A DNA stretch of 53,674 bases from positions 1-53,674 of the IMG/VR virus record IMGVR_UViG_3300022723_000142. The stretch is one strand, 5' to 3'. The translations under genes were made by a program, and so were the position numbers. The notes beneath the pieces are model-generated. The model had not been told where the DNA came from and did not search any database. It was given only the letters and a program-made list of their open reading frames with translations. Source of the stretch: a virus. Shown here piece by piece: positions 7,804 to 17,367 of this stretch. Each line of letters starts with the position of its first letter. The stretch's first letter is position 1.

Positions 7804-8982
7804 GTGGTATGTGATTCGGCTTGCTGCATGGCCTTTCGTTGCGATCGCACCCCTATCGAAAATTATGAAGAACTGCCCGATGGCCGCTTGCGTGTTCGGG
7901 CAACATTTTCGCGTGTGGGCCCACTTGACTACATCCGCAGTGATGGCACGGTCCAGACTGAGTATTTAGATGCCGACGAACTATTCCGAGCTGATTCACT
8001 AAAGACCGCCGGACTAGCACCCGTCACTTTGGGGCATCCCGACGAAGGTTTTGTTACTCCAAAAAACTGGCGTAAATATGCGGTCGGAGCGTCCGGTTCT
8101 ACTATCACGGCTAACCGTCAAGATGGCTTGGTTGAAGTGGTGTTTCTCGTTGGCGATGAAGACGCGATCGCGGCTATCAAAGAAAAGAAGGCGACTCAAG
8201 TTAGCGCGGGCTATTCCACCACAGTTGAGCAGCGCAGCGATGGAAAGTTTTACCAAACCAATAGGCAATACAACCATTTGGCGCTAGTCGAGCGGGGTCG
8301 AGCAGGCCCTGACGTAAAAGTTCATTTTGATGGACTTGATGATTTTGCAGTGCAAACAGATGACTCTCAGGAGGTCAAAACCGACATGGCCAAATATAAG
8401 GGCATGGAAATGGATGAGAAGGCGGTGGATGCTTTTAAAGAAATGGAAGCTGACATGGCCAAGATGAAAGAAGACATGAAAGGCATGAAGTCGAAAAGCG
8501 ATGCTGCGGAAAGCTTCACCATTGACAAGCTCCAGGGCGAGATTGATGGTTACAAAACTCGCATTGATGCGCTTGAAAAGGAGCGTGATGGGCGTCTGGA
8601 TGCCGATGCAGTTGCCGCTCTGGCGACTCAGCGCTTGAATGCGTTTGAAGAGTGCAAGAGCTTCATAAAAGATGCCAAGTTTGACGCGGCTATTGAGCCG
8701 ATTGAGTGGCGTAAAGCGGCGATCGCTAGCGTCAATTCCAAGCTAAATCTAGATGGCAAGTCAGACGACTACGTGAACGGGATGTTCTCTATTCTGTCCA
8801 CGGCAACCGAAGCGGCAACTGTCAACGCTGAAAGCGAAGGCGCGAAGACATTTAAGGACGTTTTAGACGCGGCGGGTACGGCAGGCCATAGCGGTACCAG
8901 TGGTGAGCGTGCCGACGAAGATAAACAAGATGTTGACGATATTGCGGCGATCAATGGGCTCTTTTCTGGAGGTAACAAGTAA
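7804..8982 (+). CDS. Prohead protease/scaffold-like protein (DUF2213-like N-terminal domain, acidic coiled-coil C-terminus)
   Basis: 392 aa and first gene of the head block. 'VTLGHPDEGFV', 'VSAGYS' and 'YNHLALVERGRAG' resemble the DUF2213 family as I recall it. The C-terminal half is K/E/D/M-rich and scaffold-like. GTG start; the alternative is ATG 7828. Confidence 0.5.
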   Translation: MVCDSACCMAFRCDRTPIENYEELPDGRLRVRATFSRVGPLDYIRSDGTVQTEYLDADELFRADSLKTAGLAPVTLGHPDEGFVTPKNWRKYAVGASGSTITANRQDGLVEVVFLVGDEDAIAAIKEKKATQVSAGYSTTVEQRSDGKFYQTNRQYNHLALVERGRAGPDVKVHFDGLDDFAVQTDDSQEVKTDMAKYKGMEMDEKAVDAFKEMEADMAKMKEDMKGMKSKSDAAESFTIDKLQGEIDGYKTRIDALEKERDGRLDADAVAALATQRLNAFEECKSFIKDAKFDAAIEPIEWRKAAIASVNSKLNLDGKSDDYVNGMFSILSTATEAATVNAESEGAKTFKDVLDAAGTAGHSGTSGERADEDKQDVDDIAAINGLFSGGNK

Positions 8983-9488
8983 TGCCAATCACGACTTATA
9001 ACGACCTATCCGATGAGGGTCTGGTTGCGGGACAACTGCATACCAGCATCGTTAACGGTGCGAAACTGTCTGGCTATAACACGAGCGGCGGCGTTTTGGC
9101 GGCCGGTTTTGGCGCGGTCTGGACGGGCACCGGGAAGGAAGTTTCTTTGCCTTCTGGCGCTGGCAACTTTGCAGGTATCCTCACCCTGCCCTCTGTCGAG
9201 TATCGCGCTAGCTATTCCATTGATGCGGGTTCGCGCTTTGGCTGGCCAGATGATTACGAAGTGGCCTTGGCGGTTACTGATTCTTACGTAGTTTACGTAG
9301 ATGATACGGTGGCGGTTGGTGACCCGGTTTATTTCAATCACACTGCATCGTCTTCGGTGGTCGGCACATTCCGTAATGATGCCAATTCCTCAAATGCTCA
9401 GCTAATCAGCGGAGCTAAATTTATGTCAGCAGCGACGGGCACTGATTCCGCGCTAGCGCTGGCGATTGTAAATCTCAGTGCTAACTAA
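8982..9488 (+). CDS. Hypothetical head-module protein (possible decoration/cement protein)
   Basis: 168-aa ORF between the scaffold-like and capsid-like genes; its start overlaps the preceding stop. Confidence 0.4.
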   Translation: MPITTYNDLSDEGLVAGQLHTSIVNGAKLSGYNTSGGVLAAGFGAVWTGTGKEVSLPSGAGNFAGILTLPSVEYRASYSIDAGSRFGWPDDYEVALAVTDSYVVYVDDTVAVGDPVYFNHTASSSVVGTFRNDANSSNAQLISGAKFMSAATGTDSALALAIVNLSAN

Positions 9489-9502
9489 GGAGGTCTTTAA
9501 CC

Positions 9503-10483
9503 ATGCCTACTGGTGGAATTTTTCAGTCCCGGCATCTAGAGCGACGGGTGCGTCAGGTACTCCGGGCGCGGCGGCGAATGTTGCCGTTCTTCGGCGGCAA
9601 CCTGGTTCCAACTACTACTGATTTGCAACCGGGCACCCGCGAGCTAGTTCAAGACAAAGTGCTTGAATTTGGTGAGGCTCAGCTTATGGCGCAAGACGCT
9701 GATGATGTGCCCCTCGTTGAGATTAATGCCCGTGAAGACCGTTACCGGGTAGTGATGCCCGTTGCCGGTTATCCGGTCCGTTTTGGCGAAACGCTCGCGG
9801 AGAACGTCGCACGAGCCAACGGGATTCAGTACAACCCGACCGACATCCGCGCATCGGCTGTAATCCGAGCCATTGAAGAGCGGGCGAATAAGTTTACAGC
9901 GGTCGGCGATTCCACCATGAGCATCACTGGAATGCTCAACGATGCGAACGTTACGCCTGTTGATAGCAGCTTTGATCCGTTTGATGCGGGTTCCACTGCT
10001 GATGACATTGCTGATTGGTTTCTAACTTTGGTTGGGGATATCTTCAAGGATTCCAATAATGTCGAGTACCCCAACACGGCGTTAATCAGCACACCCTTAC
10101 ATGAGTTAATGACGCGGCGACGGATGCCGGATTCATCCGAAACCATCCTCAGCTATGTGGTCAAAACACAACAGGCGCGCTCCGCATTAATGCCGGGGCA
10201 ACGGTTGGAGAATATCGTTCCTTTGGTTGAAAGTGGGTCTGATTATCTCGAAGCTAACGGTGTAGAGACGGGCGGTACCAATAAAGATCGCATCGTGCTC
10301 TATCCGCTGGATGGCGAAGTGGTCGAGAGGCATATGATGTCGGGCGCGATCTCAGCGTTCCCTGATGACTGGACAGTGAACAAGGGAGCCCGGAAAATCT
10401 ACCCGATGTACTCCTTCCTGTCTCAGGTGATCATCAAGTTTCCCGGTGCATTCTCTTACATTAAGCACGCGAAGGAGGCGTAA
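9503..10483 (+). CDS. Major capsid protein candidate
   Basis: 326 aa, strong SD (AAGGAGG at 9487), position after protease/scaffold, size typical of HK97-fold capsid proteins. Confidence 0.55.
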   Translation: MPTGGIFQSRHLERRVRQVLRARRRMLPFFGGNLVPTTTDLQPGTRELVQDKVLEFGEAQLMAQDADDVPLVEINAREDRYRVVMPVAGYPVRFGETLAENVARANGIQYNPTDIRASAVIRAIEERANKFTAVGDSTMSITGMLNDANVTPVDSSFDPFDAGSTADDIADWFLTLVGDIFKDSNNVEYPNTALISTPLHELMTRRRMPDSSETILSYVVKTQQARSALMPGQRLENIVPLVESGSDYLEANGVETGGTNKDRIVLYPLDGEVVERHMMSGAISAFPDDWTVNKGARKIYPMYSFLSQVIIKFPGAFSYIKHAKEA

Positions 10484-10487
10484 TTGA

Positions 10488-10877
10488 ATGCCTCAAATCG
10501 TGATTTTCAAACCGGGAAATTGTTACCCGCCACTTAACCCGCAAGTTGGAATAGGCTTTGACCGACTACGGCTGAAGCCTGGGGCCAACCATATCAGCGA
10601 TGAACAATTCAATGTTTTGACGGCACATCCGAGCTATCAAAGCTACGTTGACCGCAAAGCGCTGATTGTCCATCACGCCGAAAAAGAGGTGCAGGCGGTC
10701 CCTCTTTCAGAAACACCGACCAACCTGGCAGGCTACAACGTGGATGACGCCGAAGACATCATCGACAACACTCATGATGTTGATGTACTGAAACGCTGGC
10801 TAGATAATGAACCCCGCAAAACGGCACGGACTGCCCTCAATCAACGAATCAAAGACCTACAAGGAGGTGATGCATAA
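10488..10877 (+). CDS. Hypothetical head-module protein
   Basis: 129-aa ORF, tightly packed with its neighbours. Confidence 0.55.
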   Translation: MPQIVIFKPGNCYPPLNPQVGIGFDRLRLKPGANHISDEQFNVLTAHPSYQSYVDRKALIVHHAEKEVQAVPLSETPTNLAGYNVDDAEDIIDNTHDVDVLKRWLDNEPRKTARTALNQRIKDLQGGDA

Positions 10878-11260
10878 TGGCTGTCGCTATGCAACGAATC
10901 GTAGAGGCTAATGCGCCTTTACTCATTAATCACTATCAGCCCAGTGGTGGTAATGAGGCATTTTTCATTGCGCCCTACGACCTAACTATAAAAGAGGTGC
11001 GCTATGCCCACGGCACCGCTGAAGGTGGCGCGTCAAATGTGCAGATTGAGCGACTCCAAGGCACCGAGGACGTGACGGCAGGTGACGACCTGCTGAGCAC
11101 AGCTCTTGATGGCAACGGGACCGCAAACACTGTGCAAACGGGCAACCTGGTTGGCAGCGCTGTTACCACTCTAAGTGCGGGCGATCGCTTAGCGGTTTAC
11201 TACTCAGCCAGTACAACTGTGGCCGAGGTTGCTATTTCAATTGTCGCCGAGAAAGCTTAA
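10877..11260 (+). CDS. Hypothetical head-module protein
   Basis: 127-aa ORF; ATG overlaps the previous stop (TAATG). Confidence 0.55.
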   Translation: MAVAMQRIVEANAPLLINHYQPSGGNEAFFIAPYDLTIKEVRYAHGTAEGGASNVQIERLQGTEDVTAGDDLLSTALDGNGTANTVQTGNLVGSAVTTLSAGDRLAVYYSASTTVAEVAISIVAEKA

Positions 11261-11622
11261 TGGCTATTACCACAGATTCTTTTCAGTCCGCGTTCCCTGA
11301 ATTTAGCGATACATCCATCGCGACCATTCAGGCACTTATTACGCGGGCTGAATTGCGGGTGGCGACGGCTGCGGCACTGGGAACAACTGAGGGGTTGCGA
11401 GATGAGTTGGTTGGGCTGTTTACGGCTCATTTGCTAACTATCAGCGATCGCTCATCCCAATCGGTAGGGGCGGGCGCAGTGGAAGAAATTGACATTGATG
11501 ATTTCTACCGTGTTCGATTTTCCCGTGATGGCAGCGGTGGCATGGGCATTGAATCAACGTCCTACGGCCAACAATATTCAGCACTGCTTAATCAAATTGT
11601 GATCCCTATTCGGATTTTGTGA
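11260..11622 (+). CDS. Head-tail connector candidate (DUF4054-like)
   Basis: 120 aa. The N-terminus 'FQSAFPEFSDTSIATIQALITRAELRV' resembles the DUF4054 opening motif as I recall it. Confidence 0.4.
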   Translation: MAITTDSFQSAFPEFSDTSIATIQALITRAELRVATAAALGTTEGLRDELVGLFTAHLLTISDRSSQSVGAGAVEEIDIDDFYRVRFSRDGSGGMGIESTSYGQQYSALLNQIVIPIRIL

Positions 11623-11623
11623 C

Positions 11624-11734
11624 ATGGCAACTACAACCGAAGTCGGCACATCCTTAACAACTATCCTCACGATTCCTGCAAAGTTTTCCAGTCGCATCGG
11701 CATCCAGATTGAAATTGACTACTCCCCGCTCTAA
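11624..11734 (+). pseudogene. 5' fragment of a small virion-module ORF interrupted by the TnpB element
   Basis: The ATG lies 1 nt after the previous stop and encodes MATTTEVGTSLTTILTIPAKFSSRIGIQIE. The frame then runs into the element's hairpin and stops at 11732-11734. Confidence 0.5.
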
Positions 11735-11880
11735 AGAGACGGGGATTCCCCGGTCACCCGGAGAGGTTTCTGCTTCGTAGCACCTGCCTTTCGAGATTTA
11801 CTCTCTTCGGGTCTTACGGTCGCTCCACAGACTGAAACCGCTTGCCCAGCGGCCAAGACATTTATCGCAGCGTTGACATC
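11699..11880 (-). ncRNA. Predicted omega (right-end) guide RNA of the TnpB element
   Basis: Inferred from known TnpB biology: the omega RNA spans the 3' end of tnpB and the right end, then reads ~16 nt into the flank. The right-end hairpin (11723-11745) overlaps the tnpB stop. No direct evidence of transcription. Confidence 0.3.
11722..11749. repeat. Right-end subterminal hairpin motif of the TnpB element
   Basis: CTCCCCGCTCTAAAGAGACGGGGATTCC; stem TCCCCG/CGGGGA. Confidence 0.8.
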
Positions 11881-12927
11881 CCGATCATGGTGAAATCCAC
11901 ATTCAGGACAATCCCACTCTCGAATATTGAGCGGCAATCGTTGAACGACATGCCCACAGTTCGAGCAGCGCTTGGAGGAGGGAAACCAACGGTCAATTTT
12001 GACCAGCTCCCGACCATACCATTCGCTCTTATATTCAAGCTGCCTAACCAATTCACCCCAGCTAGCATCCGATATGGATTGAGCCAGGGAGTGATTTTTC
12101 ACCATATTCTTCACAGCCAAGTCTTCAACGGCAATCACTTGGTTGTCGCGCACCAATTGAGTTGTCAGCTTGTGAAGGAAATCTTTGCGAGTATCCGCAA
12201 TTTCGGCCTGCAACTTGGCTACTTTAAGCCGTGCTTTATGCCGATTGCTGGAACCTTTCAATTTGCGAGACAAAGCTTTCTGCGCTCGACGCAGACGCTT
12301 GTACTTTGCCTTAAACGTTTTGGGATTAGCGATCTTCTCACCTGTACTCAGCGTGACCAGACTGCTAACACCCAAGTCAATCCCGACCTTATTGCTGGTG
12401 CCGGGAAGATGGTTGATTTCAACATCAACCAGCAAACTCACAAACCACCTGCCGGACGGATCAAGCTTGACCGTCACCGTAGATGGTTCAGCACCTTGAG
12501 GCAACTGCTGACTCCAACGAATCGGCAACGCTTCAGAGCATTTAGCAAGGAACAGTTCACCGTCTTTCCAGCGGAAGGCAGACTTAGTGAACTCGGCACT
12601 GCCACCATTTCGCTTCTTTTTGAAGTTCGGATATTTAGTCCGACCAGCCCAAAAATTAGCAAACGCCTTTTGGAGGTGCCTCAAACCTTGCTGCAAGGGG
12701 ACGCAGCTAACTTCATTCAGGAAGTTCAGCTCATCTTCCTTCTTCCACTCAGTCAGCAATGCCGACGTTTCTTTGTACCCAATTCGCTCTTGCCTTTCAT
12801 ACCAGCCTTCAGTCCTTGCGGCCAAAGCACGATTGTATACAAGACGGGTACAGCCCAACGTTCGCCGCAGCAGGTTTTCCTGCTCGGCAGTTGGGTAAAA
12901 ACGATAGCGATAAGCACGTTGAGTCAT
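11731..12927 (-). CDS. tnpB: TnpB (IS605 OrfB-type RNA-guided endonuclease)
   Basis: 398 aa. N-terminal 'YRYRFYPTAEQENLLRRTLGCTRLVYNRAL'. RuvC-I 'VGIDLGVSS'. RuvC-II 'VIAVEDLAVKNM'. Zn ribbon 'CSNCGH...CPECGFHHDRDVNAAINV' carrying the RuvC-III Asp. Confidence 0.9.
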   Translation of the reverse strand: MTQRAYRYRFYPTAEQENLLRRTLGCTRLVYNRALAARTEGWYERQERIGYKETSALLTEWKKEDELNFLNEVSCVPLQQGLRHLQKAFANFWAGRTKYPNFKKKRNGGSAEFTKSAFRWKDGELFLAKCSEALPIRWSQQLPQGAEPSTVTVKLDPSGRWFVSLLVDVEINHLPGTSNKVGIDLGVSSLVTLSTGEKIANPKTFKAKYKRLRRAQKALSRKLKGSSNRHKARLKVAKLQAEIADTRKDFLHKLTTQLVRDNQVIAVEDLAVKNMVKNHSLAQSISDASWGELVRQLEYKSEWYGRELVKIDRWFPSSKRCSNCGHVVQRLPLNIREWDCPECGFHHDRDVNAAINVLAAGQAVSVCGATVRPEESKSRKAGATKQKPLRVTGESPSL

Positions 12928-12985
12928 GTCTCACATTGTAGTAAATGCAATTTGAGAATGCGACTAAAGTCGCCGTTCGTTTTTC

Positions 12986-13013
12986 CTCCCCGGTCTAAAG
13001 ACGCGGGGTTTCC
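12986..13013. repeat. Left-end subterminal hairpin motif of the TnpB element
   Basis: CTCCCCGGTCTAAAGACGCGGGGTTTCC; stem CCCCG/CGGGG. Same orientation as the copy at 11722. Confidence 0.8.
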
Positions 13014-13034
13014 AAACGTTTTGAGGATCTTTCC

Positions 13035-13211
13035 ATGAATTTGCCGCGTATTATCAGAGCCGATTTGGGGGCTAATGTGATCCAATTTGGCGGCTTTACC
13101 TTGTATCGAGACAGGCTATGCACCTCTCAAGACGGGGTGCGGCTTTGCGGCCCTGACCACGGTTGGGTGTTAGCCTCGCCGTGGTGTGTATGTCGATGGG
13201 GTGGAGAGTAA
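13035..13211 (+). pseudogene. 3' fragment of the ORF interrupted by the TnpB element
   Basis: 58 codons (MNLPRIIRADLGANVIQFGGFTLYRDRL...CRWGGE) ending 4 nt before the next gene. Its frame is compatible with fusion to 11624.. after removal of the element. Confidence 0.45.
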
Positions 13212-13214
13212 TAG

Positions 13215-16208
13215 ATGGCAGCACCTAGCGTATCAGGCCTAACGTCGCTTCAAGAATTAGATTTCAGCGCCAACGGGACCGCAATGGTGGCGGCCTCTGG
13301 AGCGCTGACTTTTGATACAGATAGAAAAGATCGGATGCATTGTGATGTAACTCTAAACGATACAGAATGGTATGAGATATCCTTCACATCGTCTCAAGAT
13401 CTCACTGGGAAAAGTATTGTTTTCGCGTTTTATAACCGAATTCGGTATAAATCAGGAACATTTAGAGTTGGCCTGTTTTCAATCAGCAACACAGATTATC
13501 GACTTTGGCAATTTGAACCTGTGAGATTTCGGCAAATCGCTGTAATCCTGGATGCTGAGGATTTCGCATCTGAGGCAGCGGATACGGGCACATTCGATGT
13601 TACAAGTGTTGTTGGTATAAGGTTTCAATGGGTTTCCTTTAGAACAGACAATCACGTAAGTGCATCTGGAATTGAATGGGGGCAGGAAAATAACAACTCC
13701 CAAGATATCTTTAGTCTTCCTAATTCTGGCTTGACTTTATCCGAAGGTGAAAGTGGAAACCTATCAGAATTAAATGATATCGGAACGTATTTATCTGGCA
13801 ATGGTTTTTTAGAAGCCAACACAACAGGTTTTCACCAATTATTCGGGGAAAGCTTACTTGTTGGATTCCCGATCACGTTGGGTGGATCTGCGACACTAAA
13901 TCTAATCACTTCATTCAAAAATCTTGTTTTCCTAGAACGCTCAACAGCTAGTTCTAAACGGGCAATTTTCCCAAGTCCTTACAAATTGGATGTTGACACG
14001 ACCAACGCCACTACTATTGATAGAACGGTGTTATCGTCAGAAAGCAGTAATTTTTCATTTTTGTCAAATCGACAAACTAACAGTCTGTTTATTGATAGCC
14101 CAACGACAGTAGAATTAGCAGGCGGGACAACCATTGAAATTTCTAGCCCAACTGATACTGTGTCAGGCGGTGAAGCCTATTCTGGATTAAATATATTAGA
14201 CTCGACCGCTGGGATTGCTTTTGCTCCAAGCTCTACAGCTGCATTTGCTGGGGACAACAAAATTACCGGAACGCCTGATCATGCATTCAGTTTTGAATCT
14301 GGTAATGGTTGGACAGATGGCGATTCCGTCAATTTATCTTCTTTTGATCTATCCAGCGTTACGCCCGGAACTAATATGTTTCGGGTTGATATTGGGTCAT
14401 CGGCAGAATTTACTGTAACGGTTCCTATTGGGAGTGGATTAACAGCTAGTGATGTGACTGCTGTTAATGGTGAAACCGTGACAGTGCAAGAGCCGCAAGC
14501 CACAACAGCGATCAGTGGATTCCCCTCCGCAAACAACACTAATGGCGTTGCACCTAATCCCGTACTCGGTATTTATGATGCCTCTATCGGGGCAACGCCA
14601 GCGGGATATCTGGCGGGCCTTGAAACCAGTGACGCAGAGTACAGCAGGGGAACATACACAATTAATGCAGGCGATTATGCAGGTAGCTTAGCAAGTGGTA
14701 CTGAGATTCTAGTGGTGGGTGATGCAGTCGGTTGGCGACGAACGGCGGCGATCGCAATTGACACATCAGATCCTCCAGCAACGTTAGATTTATCGCCCGC
14801 ATTTGATGAGTTTTTAGACGAAGCTGGGGTTGCCTTTATTGGTGCATCGGCGGCATGTAGTGGCCTCAATTACAACCAATCTGATGCGCGGTTTGAACTG
14901 GATAGCGCTAGCGGTGGAGCATCTAGCCTTTATAATTTTGCAGGCGTCGCGACTCGTCAGGAAGAGTTGACTTCTAATCTGACAGGTTTGCAAAACTTTG
15001 AAACAAGCGTAATTCGGGCGATCCAGTACATCAGCAATGATTCGTATAGGCGAATCATCTTGCCCAATTCGCTATCAGTAGCAGCTGCGGAAGCGGCAGA
15101 AACAAGCCCGATCATCAGCGATTTTGCCTTGCTGCGAGACGACAACACAGACCCGTTTGATCATGGATTGAGCAGTACAGCATCAGGGTTGACGGATAGG
15201 CCGGAAGTGCTGATTAGATTTCAGGCACCAAACTCAAATGTGAATGTTGCCAGCATTGATACGGATGCGATAACCGCCGAAGCGATCGCCGCTGATGCGA
15301 TCGCAGAAATCAACGCCACAGTAGATGCAGCCCTGACAGACTACGGAGCTAACACGACCGCCCCCGACAACTCAACCATCGCGGCGATCGCCTCTAACGT
15401 GAGCGACATCATCGCTGACATTGCAGATATGCAAGGTACTGGCTTTGTCTCGGCTGACCATAGCCTAGAGGCTATTCGCGATCGCGGCGATGCAGCGTGG
15501 ATTACGGCAACCGGGTTCAACACGACAACACCCCCAACGGCAGCAGCGATCGCCTCCCAAGTCAGAACGGAACTCACCATTGAACTCGCCCGCATCGATG
15601 CCAACATTACAAGCCGTCAAGCAACTGTCACATTTCCCTCAAATTTTTCACTGTTGGCGATTGACGGCAGTGGACAAGTCACGGCGGAGAATATGCGCGG
15701 TACTGATGGAGCCAACACCATAGCCCCAGACAATGCCGCGATCTCTACTATCCTCATCGATACCGGAACCATGCTACCCGCTCAAATATCAGCACTAAAT
15801 AATCTGGCGATCGCTGATGTAGAAACGGCCCTCAGCAATTACGATGCTCCGGTCTATGCCACGCTGCAAACCTATGGCGATACAAATTGGGCGACGGCAA
15901 CCGGGTTCAGCACATTCGACGGAGACCTATCGGGCATCCCTGCTGCAGTGTGGGGATACAGCGGACGGGCTTTAGATGGTAGTCAGGCAACCGCGATCGC
16001 GCTCATTGACACCATCAATACCAACGTATCCAGTTGCCTCAGTGCTGCCGAAGCCGTGACAGATGGGAGGTTTGTGGAGAACTACACCGCGTCGACCGCG
16101 ATTCAGTATGACACCGATGGGACTGTGCGAACCGTGTTCGACTTGCTGGATGCTAACGGCGACCCGGCGATATCTGCACAAACCGCCGTTGAACGGAGGC
16201 CGCAATAA
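13215..16208 (+). CDS. Large fibre-like virion protein (putative tail fibre/host-recognition protein)
   Basis: 997 aa, S/T/A/N-rich. Internal duplicated segments '...GDAAWITATGFNTTTP...' and '...GDTNWATATGFSTFDG...'. SD GGAGAG. Confidence 0.45.
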   Translation: MAAPSVSGLTSLQELDFSANGTAMVAASGALTFDTDRKDRMHCDVTLNDTEWYEISFTSSQDLTGKSIVFAFYNRIRYKSGTFRVGLFSISNTDYRLWQFEPVRFRQIAVILDAEDFASEAADTGTFDVTSVVGIRFQWVSFRTDNHVSASGIEWGQENNNSQDIFSLPNSGLTLSEGESGNLSELNDIGTYLSGNGFLEANTTGFHQLFGESLLVGFPITLGGSATLNLITSFKNLVFLERSTASSKRAIFPSPYKLDVDTTNATTIDRTVLSSESSNFSFLSNRQTNSLFIDSPTTVELAGGTTIEISSPTDTVSGGEAYSGLNILDSTAGIAFAPSSTAAFAGDNKITGTPDHAFSFESGNGWTDGDSVNLSSFDLSSVTPGTNMFRVDIGSSAEFTVTVPIGSGLTASDVTAVNGETVTVQEPQATTAISGFPSANNTNGVAPNPVLGIYDASIGATPAGYLAGLETSDAEYSRGTYTINAGDYAGSLASGTEILVVGDAVGWRRTAAIAIDTSDPPATLDLSPAFDEFLDEAGVAFIGASAACSGLNYNQSDARFELDSASGGASSLYNFAGVATRQEELTSNLTGLQNFETSVIRAIQYISNDSYRRIILPNSLSVAAAEAAETSPIISDFALLRDDNTDPFDHGLSSTASGLTDRPEVLIRFQAPNSNVNVASIDTDAITAEAIAADAIAEINATVDAALTDYGANTTAPDNSTIAAIASNVSDIIADIADMQGTGFVSADHSLEAIRDRGDAAWITATGFNTTTPPTAAAIASQVRTELTIELARIDANITSRQATVTFPSNFSLLAIDGSGQVTAENMRGTDGANTIAPDNAAISTILIDTGTMLPAQISALNNLAIADVETALSNYDAPVYATLQTYGDTNWATATGFSTFDGDLSGIPAAVWGYSGRALDGSQATAIALIDTINTNVSSCLSAAEAVTDGRFVENYTASTAIQYDTDGTVRTVFDLLDANGDPAISAQTAVERRPQ

Positions 16209-16456
16209 TGCCCCTTTCTCCCCTCGGCATTGGTGGCAATTTATCTCCGCTAGGCCTGAATGCTGGACTCGTCCGGCTGTTGTTTTTTTGCCCTCCATTG
16301 TTTACCGCGATCTCTTATGAGCCAACGCTAACGACTGAGGCCTACGAGCCCGACCTATCCGCGATCGCCTATGAGATAGCATTAGTGGCGACTGAATACG
16401 ATATCGACCTGGCCAGCATTGCCTATGAACCGCTGTTAACGGAGGACAATTGCTGA
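16208..16456 (+). CDS. Hypothetical protein with short (A/S)I(A/S)YEP repeats
   Basis: 82 aa. 'ISYEPTLTTEAYEPDLSAIAYEIALVATEYDIDLASIAYEPLL'. The start overlaps the previous stop. Confidence 0.45.
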   Translation: MPLSPLGIGGNLSPLGLNAGLVRLLFFCPPLFTAISYEPTLTTEAYEPDLSAIAYEIALVATEYDIDLASIAYEPLLTEDNC

Positions 16457-16839
16457 TGAGTGGACTAAATGGAAGGACATTTAACGCAGGGGCCGCGATT
16501 CAGGCTAAGTTTCGATTTGAGCGCCAGGATGACAACGACGACCTGACCGGTGCCGCGATCGCGTTGCGCTTGTTCACCTCGTCGAGTGCAGCGTCTCCAG
16601 CGCTCACCCTATCGGTTGGCAGTGGCATTGAAGTTGAGACGGATTCCGCATCGGAGCAACTTTTCAAGGTAACTCTCACCTCAACTCAGGCAACCACGCT
16701 ATTAGATGGCGCAACCCGGCAGCTCATCAGCTATGTTTTTGCCATCACTCCCAGCGGCGGCAATCCTACCCGGTCCGACGATGCCAGCACATACAGCGGG
16801 GCGTTTACGATTCAGGCTGAGGCGTTGGGTGGTAGGTAG
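16450..16839 (+). CDS. Hypothetical virion-module protein
   Basis: 129-aa ORF overlapping the preceding gene's end. Confidence 0.5.
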   Translation: MLMSGLNGRTFNAGAAIQAKFRFERQDDNDDLTGAAIALRLFTSSSAASPALTLSVGSGIEVETDSASEQLFKVTLTSTQATTLLDGATRQLISYVFAITPSGGNPTRSDDASTYSGAFTIQAEALGGR

Positions 16840-16949
16840 TCGTGCAAAAAAACGCTGTCTATTTTGTGGTAAAAACTCACAATTTTGTTCCTTGATTTGC
16901 CCAAAAGTTTTGTTGAGCGGAAACCCCATACCGCGCATGAATAGCCGGG

Positions 16950-17195
16950 CTAAAGGATGGCTATGCTGATATCAATTGCCGAGATAGCGCCGCTCAACTT
17001 CTCAGCAAACCAGAACATCGCGTAATACCAATTTGAATCAAGGACGGCTAACACGTGTGAGTGAGCATCCCCCTTCTCTGCCATGTCGGGCACGTGGAAA
17101 TGATCTATCACCTTGTCCATCTCTCGCCAAACGGGTTCAACGACTAACCGCCTTATCTCTACCTGCAAACTCGGGTCTGCTTTCCGTCTGCCCAT
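16950..17195 (-). CDS. Hypothetical protein, second gene of an RHH-led bicistron
   Basis: 81 aa. The ATG lies 10 nt after the RHH stop, with a GAGG SD in between. Confidence 0.5.
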   Translation of the reverse strand: MGRRKADPSLQVEIRRLVVEPVWREMDKVIDHFHVPDMAEKGDAHSHVLAVLDSNWYYAMFWFAEKLSGAISAIDISIAIL

Positions 17196-17205
17196 AGTGA
17201 TCGCC

Positions 17206-17367
17206 TCACTTGCTCTCAGCTTTTTTGAGATATGCCTCTAAAGCTTCCTCGCACAGTTCAGACATAGTGCGATCAGCCCTGACAGCAGCGATTTTCAGCC
17301 GTTGTTTTAGTTCGTCGCTGATTTCTACTTGTAGTCGTGCCACTGGCTCTTCTGGTACTGAACGCAT
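17206..17367 (-). CDS. Ribbon-helix-helix (CopG/Arc-like) DNA-binding protein
   Basis: A 53-aa ORF below the track's size cutoff: MRSVPEEPVARLQVEISDELKQRLKIAAVRADRTMSELCEEALEAYLKKAESK. It shows a beta-strand/helix/helix pattern typical of RHH antitoxins and repressors. Confidence 0.55.
   Translation of the reverse strand: MRSVPEEPVARLQVEISDELKQRLKIAAVRADRTMSELCEEALEAYLKKAESK

Larger units (their letters stand above)
11715..13030 (-). mobile_element. IS200/IS605-family element carrying only tnpB (no tnpA); boundaries approximate
   Basis: An intact tnpB is flanked by a 28-nt hairpin motif at both ends in direct orientation (11722-11749 and 12986-13013, 24/28 identical). It sits inside an otherwise contiguous + strand gene array and splits an ORF. 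Confidence 0.65.

Noticed and set aside
11842-13038. 398-aa + strand ORF exactly mirroring tnpB in length.
   Set aside because: It is antisense to a TnpB ORF that carries every family motif. Its own product is low-complexity (L/P/S/F-rich) with no motif. It is a shadow ORF created by the codon bias of tnpB.
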